Below are positions 9,804 to 15,609 of a stretch of 53,816 bases of DNA, piece by piece; the first letter of the stretch is position 1, and the number at the start of each line of letters is the position of its first letter. The notes beneath the pieces are model-generated. The model was not told the DNA's origin. It saw only the letters and a list, made by a program, of their open reading frames with translations, and did not search any database. The stretch comes from a virus (lineage: Duplodnaviria; Caudoviricetes). Both the position numbers and the translations under genes were made by a program. Location of the stretch: positions 1 to 53,816 of IMG/VR virus record IMGVR_UViG_3300032050_000179; one strand, written 5' to 3'.

Positions 9804-9920
9804 TAGTCAGGGCAGGGCTCGAACCTGCAATCCTACCTGTTAGCTCGGATTTATCATCACTCGGTACGTTACTAACACATATACCAATCACTGAACGTCT
9901 ACCAATTCCGCCACCTGACT
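9804..9920 (-). ncRNA. tRNA-like RNA with anticodon region replaced by ~60-nt insert
   Basis: Perfect acceptor AGTCAGG/CCTGACT, D arm TGGCGGAATTGGTAGACG, T arm GCAGG-TTCGAGC-CCTGC; no canonical anticodon arm. Confidence 0.7.
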
Positions 9921-10062
9921 ATAAAAAACGGATAGAAAAAAGAACTCCTTAACAGTAAGACGTCTCTACTTCAAGAATCAGATTCAGTATTTAGATTACC
10001 GCGAATCTTCTAAATTACTTATTCTGCCATATACGATCTTTTTTCAGTTTAGTACTTTTATT

Positions 10063-10130
10063 TAAAGAATAAGGGACTCGAACCCTTGACCTCCGGACGC
10101 CGGTGCTCTCACCATCTGAGCTAAAACTTT
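10063..10130 (-). pseudogene. tRNA pseudogene / mimic with collapsed anticodon loop
   Basis: Canonical D and T arms; anticodon arm CCGG-CGT-CCGG; acceptor stem has two T-T mismatches. Confidence 0.65.
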
Positions 10131-10163
10131 GTTTTATTTTTTACTAAACTTTTTTCTCCGTCG

Positions 10164-10245
10164 TGACCTTGATGAGATTCGAACTCATACACCGTCTGGC
10201 ACAAGACCCTCAATCTTGCTTGTCTACCAATTTCAACACAAGGTC
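10164..10245 (-). tRNA. trnL: tRNA-Leu(GAG)
   Basis: CAAGA-TTGAGGG-TCTTG anticodon arm, long variable arm, acceptor GACCTTG/CAAGGTC. Confidence 0.9.
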
Positions 10246-10250
10246 AAATT

Positions 10251-10332
10251 GAGGTTGAGAACCTCTGTGTTGTTTAAAACTATTGTTCATTTTAACCTTA
10301 TTAGCAAATTCCTTTCTCAAGGGAACAACACA
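10251..10332 (-). ncRNA. Small structured RNA with kissing-loop potential
   Basis: TGTGTTGTT/AACAACACA stem; loop TTGAGAA complementary to loop TTCTCAA of GAGG/CCTC hairpin. Confidence 0.5.
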
Positions 10333-10338
10333 TAACTT

Positions 10339-10413
10339 GTCAGAGAATAATAAAAAGAGTGTTTGTAAGCAAATTCCAATATCAGCGATGTAACTCTTTT
10401 TTCCGCTTCTGAC
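10339..10413 (-). ncRNA. Y RNA-like element 1 (short, no tRNA domain)
   Basis: GTCAGAAGCGG..GAGTTACATC ... ACTC..ATTCTCTGAC; same bulged terminal stem as five other copies. Confidence 0.65.
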
Positions 10414-10419
10414 TTTCAG

Positions 10420-10493
10420 TGATCCCGGATGGATTCAAACCATCGACCTTAGCATTAGAAGTGCCACGCTCTATTCAACTGAGCTACGGAACC
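10420..10493 (-). tRNA. trnR: tRNA-Arg(UCU)
   Basis: Anticodon loop CTTCTAA; acceptor GGTTCCG/CGGGATC. Confidence 0.9.
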
Positions 10494-10545
10494 ATATCAA
10501 AGAACTTATATTTTAAAATAACAAACTAGTGTCTTTCTGAGAAAA

Positions 10546-10677
10546 TTATTTTTTCTTTTTTACTAATTTTTTAATGAATTTGTAAAACTTGTCATTTTTA
10601 TGTTCAGGTATTCTTAAGTATTTTCTCGATCCTTCAAATTGCCCTGTCATTACTGTTTTGATTTTGATTTCTTTCAT
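10546..10677 (-). CDS. Possible small basic protein (43 aa, MKEIKIKTVMTGQFEGSRKY...)
   Basis: Open frame with ATG between tRNA-Thr and tRNA-Arg; below ORF-track cutoff. Confidence 0.35.
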   Translation of the reverse strand: MKEIKIKTVMTGQFEGSRKYLRIPEHKNDKFYKFIKKLVKKKK

Positions 10678-10731
10678 ATATAAATTTAATACTATTATTA
10701 GAATTTTGAAATTGTATGACAAAATTCTTTG

Positions 10732-10804
10732 AGCCTTTGACAGGAGTCGAACCTGCGACCACGAAATTACAAAGTTCGCGCTCTACCAACTGAGCTACAA
10801 AGGC
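10732..10804 (-). tRNA. trnT: tRNA-Thr(UGU)
   Basis: Anticodon loop TTTGTAA; acceptor GCCTTTG/CAAAGGC. Confidence 0.9.
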
Positions 10805-10809
10805 AGTTC

Positions 10810-10947
10810 ATCTAGAGAATTTTTAGTACGAAGATTTTTCCGCGTCTACCAATTCCGCCATCTGGATAACCAGAGAGGGATTCGAACCCTCACGCTTTTA
10901 AAGCAGCCATTTTTCAGATGATGTAATCGTACTTACCGCTTCTAGAT
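10810..10947 (-). ncRNA. Y RNA-like element 2 (YrlA-like, permuted tRNA-Leu-like domain)
   Basis: TCTAGAAGCGG..CGATTACATC stem enclosing variable arm, T arm GAGGG-TTCGAAT-CCCTC, closed acceptor TCTGG-TTAT-CCAGA, then D arm. Confidence 0.75.
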
Positions 10948-10951
10948 TTAG

Positions 10952-11022
10952 TTACCGGGGAAGGATTCGAACCTCCGTTAAGTGGACCAAAACCACTTGT
11001 CCTGCCTCTAGACGACCCGGTA
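10952..11022 (-). tRNA. trnQ: tRNA-Gln(UUG)
   Basis: AGTGG-TTTTGGT-CCACT; acceptor TACCGGG/CCCGGTA. Confidence 0.92.
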
Positions 11023-11026
11023 TTAT

Positions 11027-11115
11027 TGGCGGAAAATAGTGGGATCGAACCACATACCAGTTAAGGTACGCATTACTTAGCAGGTAAGCCTTATCGCCGT
11101 TTAAGTTTACTTTCC
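11027..11115 (-). tRNA. trnS: tRNA-Ser(GCU)
   Basis: Anticodon loop CTGCTAA, long variable arm, G73-CCA. Confidence 0.88.
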
Positions 11116-11124
11116 ATTTCAAAA

Positions 11125-11234
11125 ATCAGTCAATGATAGAATCTTTCCTAGTTTCTTCGGTATAGGTACCATCATGGGCTCCGTTAACTGATTCTTTCTT
11201 TTATAACCCATACGGAACAAGCAGGGTAACTGAT
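11125..11234 (-). ncRNA. Small pseudoknot-containing structured RNA
   Basis: Terminal ATCAGTTA/TGACTGAT; interleaved TCCGT/ACGGA and ATGGG/CCCAT; ATGATGG/CTATCAT hairpin. Confidence 0.45.
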
Positions 11235-11240
11235 GTAAAG

Positions 11241-11314
11241 TCTGATAGGGAGGATTCGAACCTCCGAGTTCTCCACATCCCAAATGTGGCGGGGTACCAC
11301 TCCCCAACTACCAG
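11241..11314 (-). tRNA. trnP: tRNA-Pro(UGG)
   Basis: CCACA-TTTGGGA-TGTGG; acceptor CTGGTAG/CTATCAG. Confidence 0.9.
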
Positions 11315-11373
11315 AAATTTATTTCTATGCTACTCACTAAAAAGAGTCTATGAAATAATAACAGTCTTCTGTG

Positions 11374-11447
11374 GGTGACTAGCGGAAGTTGAATCCGCGA
11401 CCTCCAAGACCACAACTTGGCGCTCTAACCAACTGAGCTATAGTCAC
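11374..11447 (-). tRNA. trnH: tRNA-His(GUG)
   Basis: CCAAG-TTGTGGT-CTTGG; acceptor GTGACTA/TAGTCAC, C73. Confidence 0.92.
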
Positions 11448-11449
11448 AG

Positions 11450-11522
11450 AGTACCTGAAGGGATTCGAACCCCTGTTATAACGCTTTGCAGGCGTTTGCC
11501 TAAACCACTCGACCACAGGCAC
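11450..11522 (-). tRNA. trnC: tRNA-Cys(GCA)
   Basis: AACGC-CTGCAAA-GCGTT; U73. Confidence 0.92.
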
Positions 11523-11548
11523 TTATTAGACATACAAAACTGTCTCGG

Positions 11549-11635
11549 CGGAGAATGTAGGATTCGAACCTACGGAACCCTTTCAGGTTCGCTGCTTTTC
11601 AAGAGCAGTGCCATAAACCACTCGGCCAATTCTCC
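11549..11635 (-). tRNA. trnS: tRNA-Ser(UGA)
   Basis: CTGCT-CTTGAAA-AGCAG; long variable arm; G73. Confidence 0.95.
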
Positions 11636-11653
11636 ATTTATATTTCCATTATG

Positions 11654-11662
11654 TCAAAGAAC
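11654..11662 (-). promoter_or_regulatory. boxA-like antitermination element GTTCTTTGA
   Basis: Directly after attenuator A; same 9-mer at 10497-10505, 14285-14293, 16342-16350, variant at 14979-14987. Confidence 0.55.
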
Positions 11663-11668
11663 TTACAT

Positions 11669-11699
11669 AAAAAAACCGGATCTTTTTGAGATCCGGTTT
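11669..11699 (-). terminator. Attenuator terminator of tRNA operon A
   Basis: AAACCGGATCT-CAAAA-AGATCCGGTTT followed by T-run; 5' arm also complementary to AGATCCGGTT at 11736-11745 inside the leader ORF. Confidence 0.85.
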
Positions 11700-11720
11700 C
11701 TTAGTAAAATATGTAATTCG

Positions 11721-11837
11721 TTATTCACATACTTTAACCGGATCTACAATACTATGTCTAGGACTTTGCGAAAGCGTAGTCGGACATGAGCTTTGAAGAA
11801 GCTGTGTGGATAAAGATATGTGAGTAATATTTTTCAT
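11721..11837 (-). CDS. Leader peptide A (38 aa, MKNITHISLSTQLLQSSCPTTLSQSPRHSIVDPVKVCE)
   Basis: ATG just after promoter; codons 5-29 are almost only S,T,L,Q,H,C,P,R, the amino acids of the downstream tRNAs; contains antiterminator. Confidence 0.8.
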   Translation of the reverse strand: MKNITHISLSTQLLQSSCPTTLSQSPRHSIVDPVKVCE

Positions 11838-11847
11838 TGTTTATTAT

Positions 11848-11894
11848 TGTATTGCAAATATAACAAAAGTTCTTAACATGGAAAAACTTTTTGA
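11848..11894 (-). promoter_or_regulatory. Bacteroidota-type promoter (TATATTTG, -7 box) of tRNA operon A
   Basis: TAnnTTTG at 11855-11862; 47-nt block identical at 44/47 positions to 16661-16707. Confidence 0.75.
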
Positions 11895-11909
11895 AACTTT
11901 TTTATTTTT

Positions 11910-12419
11910 TTAAATTCTTCCTGATATAGCTTCTCTAAAAATTTCAGGAATTGTGAAAGTAGAAAGCTCTACCAGATCACATTTACTATTTACTAAAATG
12001 AACATTTCAAAATCTTGTCTCTTTTCAGTGCTATATTCCATTTTGAATTCCTTAGCAATTTTTCTTGAGAAATTACCGTAAAATTTCTTTCTTCCAGAAG
12101 AAGAATCGTTAGCGCAGAAAATAAAAGCTTCAGGATTAATTTCTGTTATGAAATCTATAGCAGCTTTTTCCACTGTAGGTATCACACTAAAAGCTTTCTT
12201 TAAATCATTTTTTAATTCGTAAGATCCGTCTACGTCAAATTTGAAAAGAAAATGTTTCTGTTTACTAGAAAAATTAACAGCTTTTATAGAGTAATTTGCG
12301 TCATCTATTAAAAAATTTCCTCTCCAAGAAGATTTCGACTTTTGCCATTGAACTTCTATTGGTTCATTCAAACCTTCAAAAGTTTTTGATAGAAAAGATC
12401 TGAAATTATCAATGTTCAT
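11910..12419 (-). CDS. Hypothetical protein
   Basis: ORF; likely start MNIDNFRSF at 12419 right after upstream stop. Confidence 0.7.
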   Translation of the reverse strand: MNIDNFRSFLSKTFEGLNEPIEVQWQKSKSSWRGNFLIDDANYSIKAVNFSSKQKHFLFKFDVDGSYELKNDLKKAFSVIPTVEKAAIDFITEINPEAFIFCANDSSSGRKKFYGNFSRKIAKEFKMEYSTEKRQDFEMFILVNSKCDLVELSTFTIPEIFREAISGRI

Positions 12420-12420
12420 G

Positions 12421-12630
12421 TTATTTTTCTTCGTTGGCATTCTTAGGATCGCCTAAATCATCTGCTTTAACATGTTCAGTATGCTCTGCTTTACCGTTCC
12501 CTTTTTCTACTGCATCTTTAGGATCAGAAAGATCCTCAGCTTTTGTTGTAGATCCTGAATAATGTTTCTTGACTAATGCAGAAGTTCCCATTTTACAAAA
12601 CTCTTCAAACGTTGCTATATTCTTTTTCAT
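12421..12630 (-). CDS. Small protein with T4 internal-protein-like N-terminus (MKKNIATFEEF)
   Basis: 69 aa, internal KAEDLSDPK/KADDLGDPK repeat; GATATATA at 12647-12654. Confidence 0.65.
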   Translation of the reverse strand: MKKNIATFEEFCKMGTSALVKKHYSGSTTKAEDLSDPKDAVEKGNGKAEHTEHVKADDLGDPKNANEEK

Positions 12631-12657
12631 AGTTTCTAATTTTAGGTATATATCAAA

Positions 12658-13053
12658 TCAGAGACCGAATTTTCTTCCTATTAAGGTGTATTTATTCTCT
12701 TCAATGTACTTAAGAAAAGCATTATAAAAAATTCTAGCAACCCGAATATTTCCGCCATATTTTTTTACATAAAATGTCGGAGCTGGTCCAAATGATGAAT
12801 CTCCGCATGTCCCGTATATGGCATACTTAGTTACTAATCGATCTCCTACATGAACTTTATATGCATAAGCATTCAAAGACCATGCATATCCTTTTATGCC
12901 CATTTTAGTGCATTTATCTTTTCCGACGTATATATTTGCGCTACGATGCTCGAAAAGGGAAGATATATTAGAAAACGCAGCCTCTGTTACATAAAGACCT
13001 AATGTCTTTTTTCTATTATCAATATTGATTTCTTTAAGTTCAAATCCATTCAT
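12658..13053 (-). CDS. Hypothetical protein (C-terminal GRKFGL)
   Basis: 131-aa ORF, ATGA overlap with upstream gene. Confidence 0.7.
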   Translation of the reverse strand: MNGFELKEINIDNRKKTLGLYVTEAAFSNISSLFEHRSANIYVGKDKCTKMGIKGYAWSLNAYAYKVHVGDRLVTKYAIYGTCGDSSFGPAPTFYVKKYGGNIRVARIFYNAFLKYIEENKYTLIGRKFGL

Positions 13054-13340
13054 AATTTTTCTAGTAAAGAAAAAGGATATTCTCTATGCGGTTCTAATTT
13101 ATGTACTATTGATTTGATATATTCAGCGTCAAGATAGCCGAAATTTTCAAGTAGACTAACTACAGTATCTATGCAAAAATCGGCAATTCCTAGAGAATTG
13201 GATTTATAAATTTTTTGAATAGAACAAAAAATATCTCCGTTTTTTAAATCACCTTTTTCGCTAAATAAATCTATCCTTAAATATTCACTATGAAGATCCA
13301 TAGTACAAATTCTTACACTGAAAATTTCAATTCTATTCAT
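13050..13340 (-). CDS. Hypothetical protein
   Basis: 96-aa ORF. Confidence 0.65.
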   Translation of the reverse strand: MNRIEIFSVRICTMDLHSEYLRIDLFSEKGDLKNGDIFCSIQKIYKSNSLGIADFCIDTVVSLLENFGYLDAEYIKSIVHKLEPHREYPFSLLEKL

Positions 13341-13382
13341 TTAATATTCATTTAATTAATGAGGGAATATGAAAGGTGTAAC

Positions 13383-13406
13383 AAAAGGAGGTTTAAACCT
13401 CCTTTT
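13383..13406. terminator. Intrinsic terminator ending tRNA operon B (bidirectional shape)
   Basis: AAAAGGAGGTTT/AAACCTCCTTTT perfect inverted repeat with A/T tails. Confidence 0.75.
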
Positions 13407-13415
13407 AATTCTTGT

Positions 13416-13645
13416 TTATTCATTGGGAATTCTCTTACTTTTATGATCTCTTTTATACTTATCATAAGTACACATGTAACAATTACAAGGTCTTCCTGTA
13501 GTCCTCAACCAATTGGAGTTTTACCTTCAATAGCTGATTGTAAATTGTAAGTTTCATGTGTATTGTTGGAGAACCAATTTTTTGCACGTCTAATAAATTT
13601 GACGAATTTTTTGTGCCTTCTAAAGGCTCGGCGATAGTTTTTCAT
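13416..13645 (-). pseudogene. Frameshifted small basic Cys-motif protein
   Basis: MKNYRRAFRRHKKF...GKTPIG* in frame 0; -1 frame continues NSNWLRTTGRPCNCYMCTYDKYKRD...NE*. Confidence 0.55.
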
Positions 13646-13672
13646 TTGCTCATACTTATGTTATAGCTAGTA

Positions 13673-13705
13673 ACTGTTGCCCCAGATACTGTTGCCCCAG
13701 ATACT
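13673..13705. repeat. 15-nt tandem duplication ACTGTTGCCCCAGAT x2
   Basis: Direct observation; lies in loop of AGCTAGTA/TACTAGCT hairpin. Confidence 0.85.
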
Positions 13706-13759
13706 AGCTTAGTGTATGAGCTTTCTAATAAATATCATCGTCTTTAATTTTTTTAAGTG

Positions 13760-13833
13760 TGGTCCATCCTGGACTCGAACCAGGGACCTTCGCATTATGA
13801 GTGCGCTGCTCTAACCGACTGAGCTAAAGGACC
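13760..13833 (-). tRNA. trnI: tRNA-Ile2(CAU) (lysidine-type; Met possible)
   Basis: Loop CTCATAA; GGTCCTTTAGCTCAGTCGGTTAGAGCA start resembles bacterial Ile2. Confidence 0.8.
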
Positions 13834-13836
13834 ATA

Positions 13837-13974
13837 AACTAGAGAATAATACTTCGAGCGTGTTTCTAGTGCTATCCGCTACACCACATCCGGATTACCC
13901 GAATGCCAGGATTCGAACCTGGGCCTTTTTTGTTACAGAAAAAATTGAAGTAACTCGTTGTTCCGCTTCTAGTT
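13837..13974 (-). ncRNA. Y RNA-like element 3 (YrlA-like)
   Basis: AACTAGAAGCGG..GAGTTACTTC; T arm CCAGG-TTCGAAT-CCTGG; closed acceptor CATTCGG-GTAAT-CCGGATG; D arm; ..ATTCTCTAGTT. Confidence 0.78.
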
Positions 13975-13980
13975 AATGTC

Positions 13981-14119
13981 TTGCAGAGAATGATTTCAAG
14001 AGTCTTTTTAGGACAAATGCTCTACCACCTGAGCTATACGCTTTCCATCAAGGTATACGTAGTAGGATTCGAACCTACGACCCATTGTTTTGAAGTAACT
14101 CTTCGAACCGCTTCTGCAA
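13981..14119 (-). ncRNA. Y RNA-like element 4 (YrlA-like)
   Basis: TTGCAGAAGCGG..GAGTTACTTC; T arm GTAGG-TTCGAAT-CCTAC; closed acceptor; D arm TAGCTCAGGTGGTAGAGCA; ..ATTCTCTGCAA. Confidence 0.78.
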
Positions 14120-14127
14120 TAAAATTT

Positions 14128-14275
14128 TTTCAGAGAATATTTGCTAGAGTGTAGTACGTGCTCTACCACTGAGCTAACTCGGTATTAAATGTGGAAGAAA
14201 TGTACCGAGTGAGGGAATCGAACCCCCGACCACGAGCTTAAGAGGCTGAAGTAACTCTTGCGACCGCTTCTGAAA
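14128..14275 (-). ncRNA. Y RNA-like element 5 (YrlA-like)
   Basis: TTTCAGAAGCGG..GAGTTACTTC; T arm; closed acceptor ACTCGGTA/TACCGAGT; D arm TAGCTCAGTGGTAGAGCA; ..ATTCTCTGAAA. Confidence 0.78.
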
Positions 14276-14298
14276 TATATTTTTTCAAAGAACAATTT

Positions 14299-14388
14299 GT
14301 CAGGCAATATGGAATCGAACCCTAATCCTGCGTCCCCTTTCCAGTTTAATGTACTCCGTTCTGCTGTGCACCATTACACCATGCCTAA
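14299..14388 (-). pseudogene. tRNA-like RNA without recognisable anticodon arm
   Basis: Acceptor TTAGGCA/TGCCTGA, D arm TGGTGTAATGGTGCAC, T loop GGTTCGATTCC; middle region non-canonical. Confidence 0.55.
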
Positions 14389-14437
14389 TCGAATGTTTCG
14401 AACCATTCGGGCGTAAGTTAATTAGACTTACGCTTTG

Positions 14438-14616
14438 CGATCCTAGACGGAATCGAACCGTCAGTGTAAATTACATGAAATATGCTTTGACTATGTACAT
14501 TTAAACTCCGATCCTAGTATTAAGGAGTGTCAAACCATATTTCCATCATCTACCCAATTTCACAATACATAATGACAGTTTCTAATGTTTTCGCCCATTG
14601 CTGTTGCTATAGGATC
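14438..14616 (-). ncRNA. 179-nt RNA with tRNA-like acceptor/T arm and long internal hairpin
   Basis: GATCCTA/TAGGATC acceptor; GACGG-TTCGATT-CCGTC T arm; internal GAAATATG/CATATTTC, TTTGAC/GTCAAA, ACTCC/GGAGT helices. Confidence 0.65.
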
Positions 14617-14622
14617 AATTTC

Positions 14623-14703
14623 AAACTGAGAATAATAACAAGAGCGTTGTTTCGGTTACAAAGTAAAAGTTTGTTGAAGTAACTCTCGTTTCCGCTTCAG
14701 TTT
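14623..14703 (-). ncRNA. Y RNA-like element 6 (short, no tRNA domain)
   Basis: AAACTGAAGCGG..GAGTTACTTC ... GCTC..ATTCTCAGTTT. Confidence 0.65.
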
Positions 14704-14752
14704 TAAAAAGTTCGTTTCTGTTAACCAACGTTATGATTACTAGAAACTAGCG

Positions 14753-14824
14753 TAGCGGGGGCCGGACTCGAACCGACGACCTCCAGGTTATGAGCCTGGC
14801 GAGCTACCACTGCTCTACCCCGCA
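14753..14824 (-). tRNA. trnM: tRNA-fMet(CAU), initiator-type
   Basis: CCAGG-CTCATAA-CCTGG; T1:T72 mismatch; TGCGGGGTAGAGCAG start. Confidence 0.88.
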
Positions 14825-14830
14825 ATATAG

Positions 14831-14913
<83 letters not shown>

Positions 14914-15043
14914 ATTTAACCAATACTCAATTTCTTTTTCAAATATTGTATTGGTTAGATAGTTAATTTTAAATTATTTCAAAGAATTATATTTCAAAAT
15001 AACAAAAGTTATTATGTTTGAGAAACATTTTTTACATTTTTTG

Positions 15044-15120
15044 TGGAGCGGAAGAAGGGATTCGAACCCTCGACCCCCTGCTTGGAAGGCAGGTGCTCTA
15101 ACCAGCTGAGCTACTTCCGC
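15044..15120 (-). tRNA. trnG: tRNA-Gly(UCC)
   Basis: CCTGC-CTTCCAA-GCAGG; U73-CCA. Confidence 0.95.
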
Positions 15121-15125
15121 TTGTG

Positions 15126-15199
15126 TGATCCCGGTGGGGCTCGAACCCACGACTCCCGCATTAAAAGTGCGATGCTCTAGCCAGCTGAGCTACGAGATC
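15126..15199 (-). tRNA. trnK: tRNA-Lys(UUU)
   Basis: Loop CTTTTAA; acceptor GATCTCG/CGGGATC. Confidence 0.92.
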
Positions 15200-15273
15200 A
15201 AGATGTAATGTTGTTTAGGTGCCATTACATTCAATCTCGAATGTAATGGCTAAAGCTTAGAGTTTTTCATTGA

Positions 15274-15468
15274 TCAGTTTTTGTATTTTGTTTTTCTGTT
15301 GTGTTTCCACGTTTTGTATTCTCTCCATTTATGATTAGGAAGATCTCCATGATTCCATGTCCATCCTTCTTCATAATATGGAGGGTAATACCATTTCAAG
15401 ATTATCTTACGATACTCTTTGTTGTTATGAGCTTTGTTAAATTTAGCTCTGTTGTAATTTTTACTCAT
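15274..15468 (-). CDS. Small basic Trp/Tyr-rich protein
   Basis: 64 aa, ends REYKTWKHNRKTKYKN; preceded by uORF MKKEFDNL* and hairpin. Confidence 0.7.
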   Translation of the reverse strand: MSKNYNRAKFNKAHNNKEYRKIILKWYYPPYYEEGWTWNHGDLPNHKWREYKTWKHNRKTKYKN

Positions 15469-15531
15469 TGTTGTAGGTTTTAGTTAACCTACAAGTTATC
15501 AAATTCTTTTTTCATATTAATAGTTTTGTAG

Positions 15532-15603
15532 TTACGAAGAGGAATTTCGAAATCCTGGCCTTCCGGATATGAGCCGGATGCTCTGCCTCTGAGCTACTTC
15601 GTA
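15532..15603 (-). tRNA. trnM: tRNA-Met(CAU), elongator-type
   Basis: TCCGG-CTCATAT-CCGGA; acceptor TACGAAG/CTTCGTA. Confidence 0.85.
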
Positions 15604-15609
15604 ATTAGA

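Noticed and set aside
11669-11894. T-box riboswitch as the explanation for the tRNA operon leaders
   Set aside because: No T-box consensus (AAUUAGGGUGGUACCGCG-like) or stem I motifs seen in either leader; translated leader ORFs explain the structure.
14438-14616. tmRNA
   Set aside because: Too short, no G3:U70 alanine identity pair, no convincing tag reading frame.
13837-14703. Repeated GAGAAT...GAAGTAACTC..CCGCTTCT motifs with variable interiors as a CRISPR array
   Set aside because: Repeats are bipartite, imperfect and pair with each other; interiors are tRNA arms of irregular length; no cas genes. Y-RNA-like architecture fits better.
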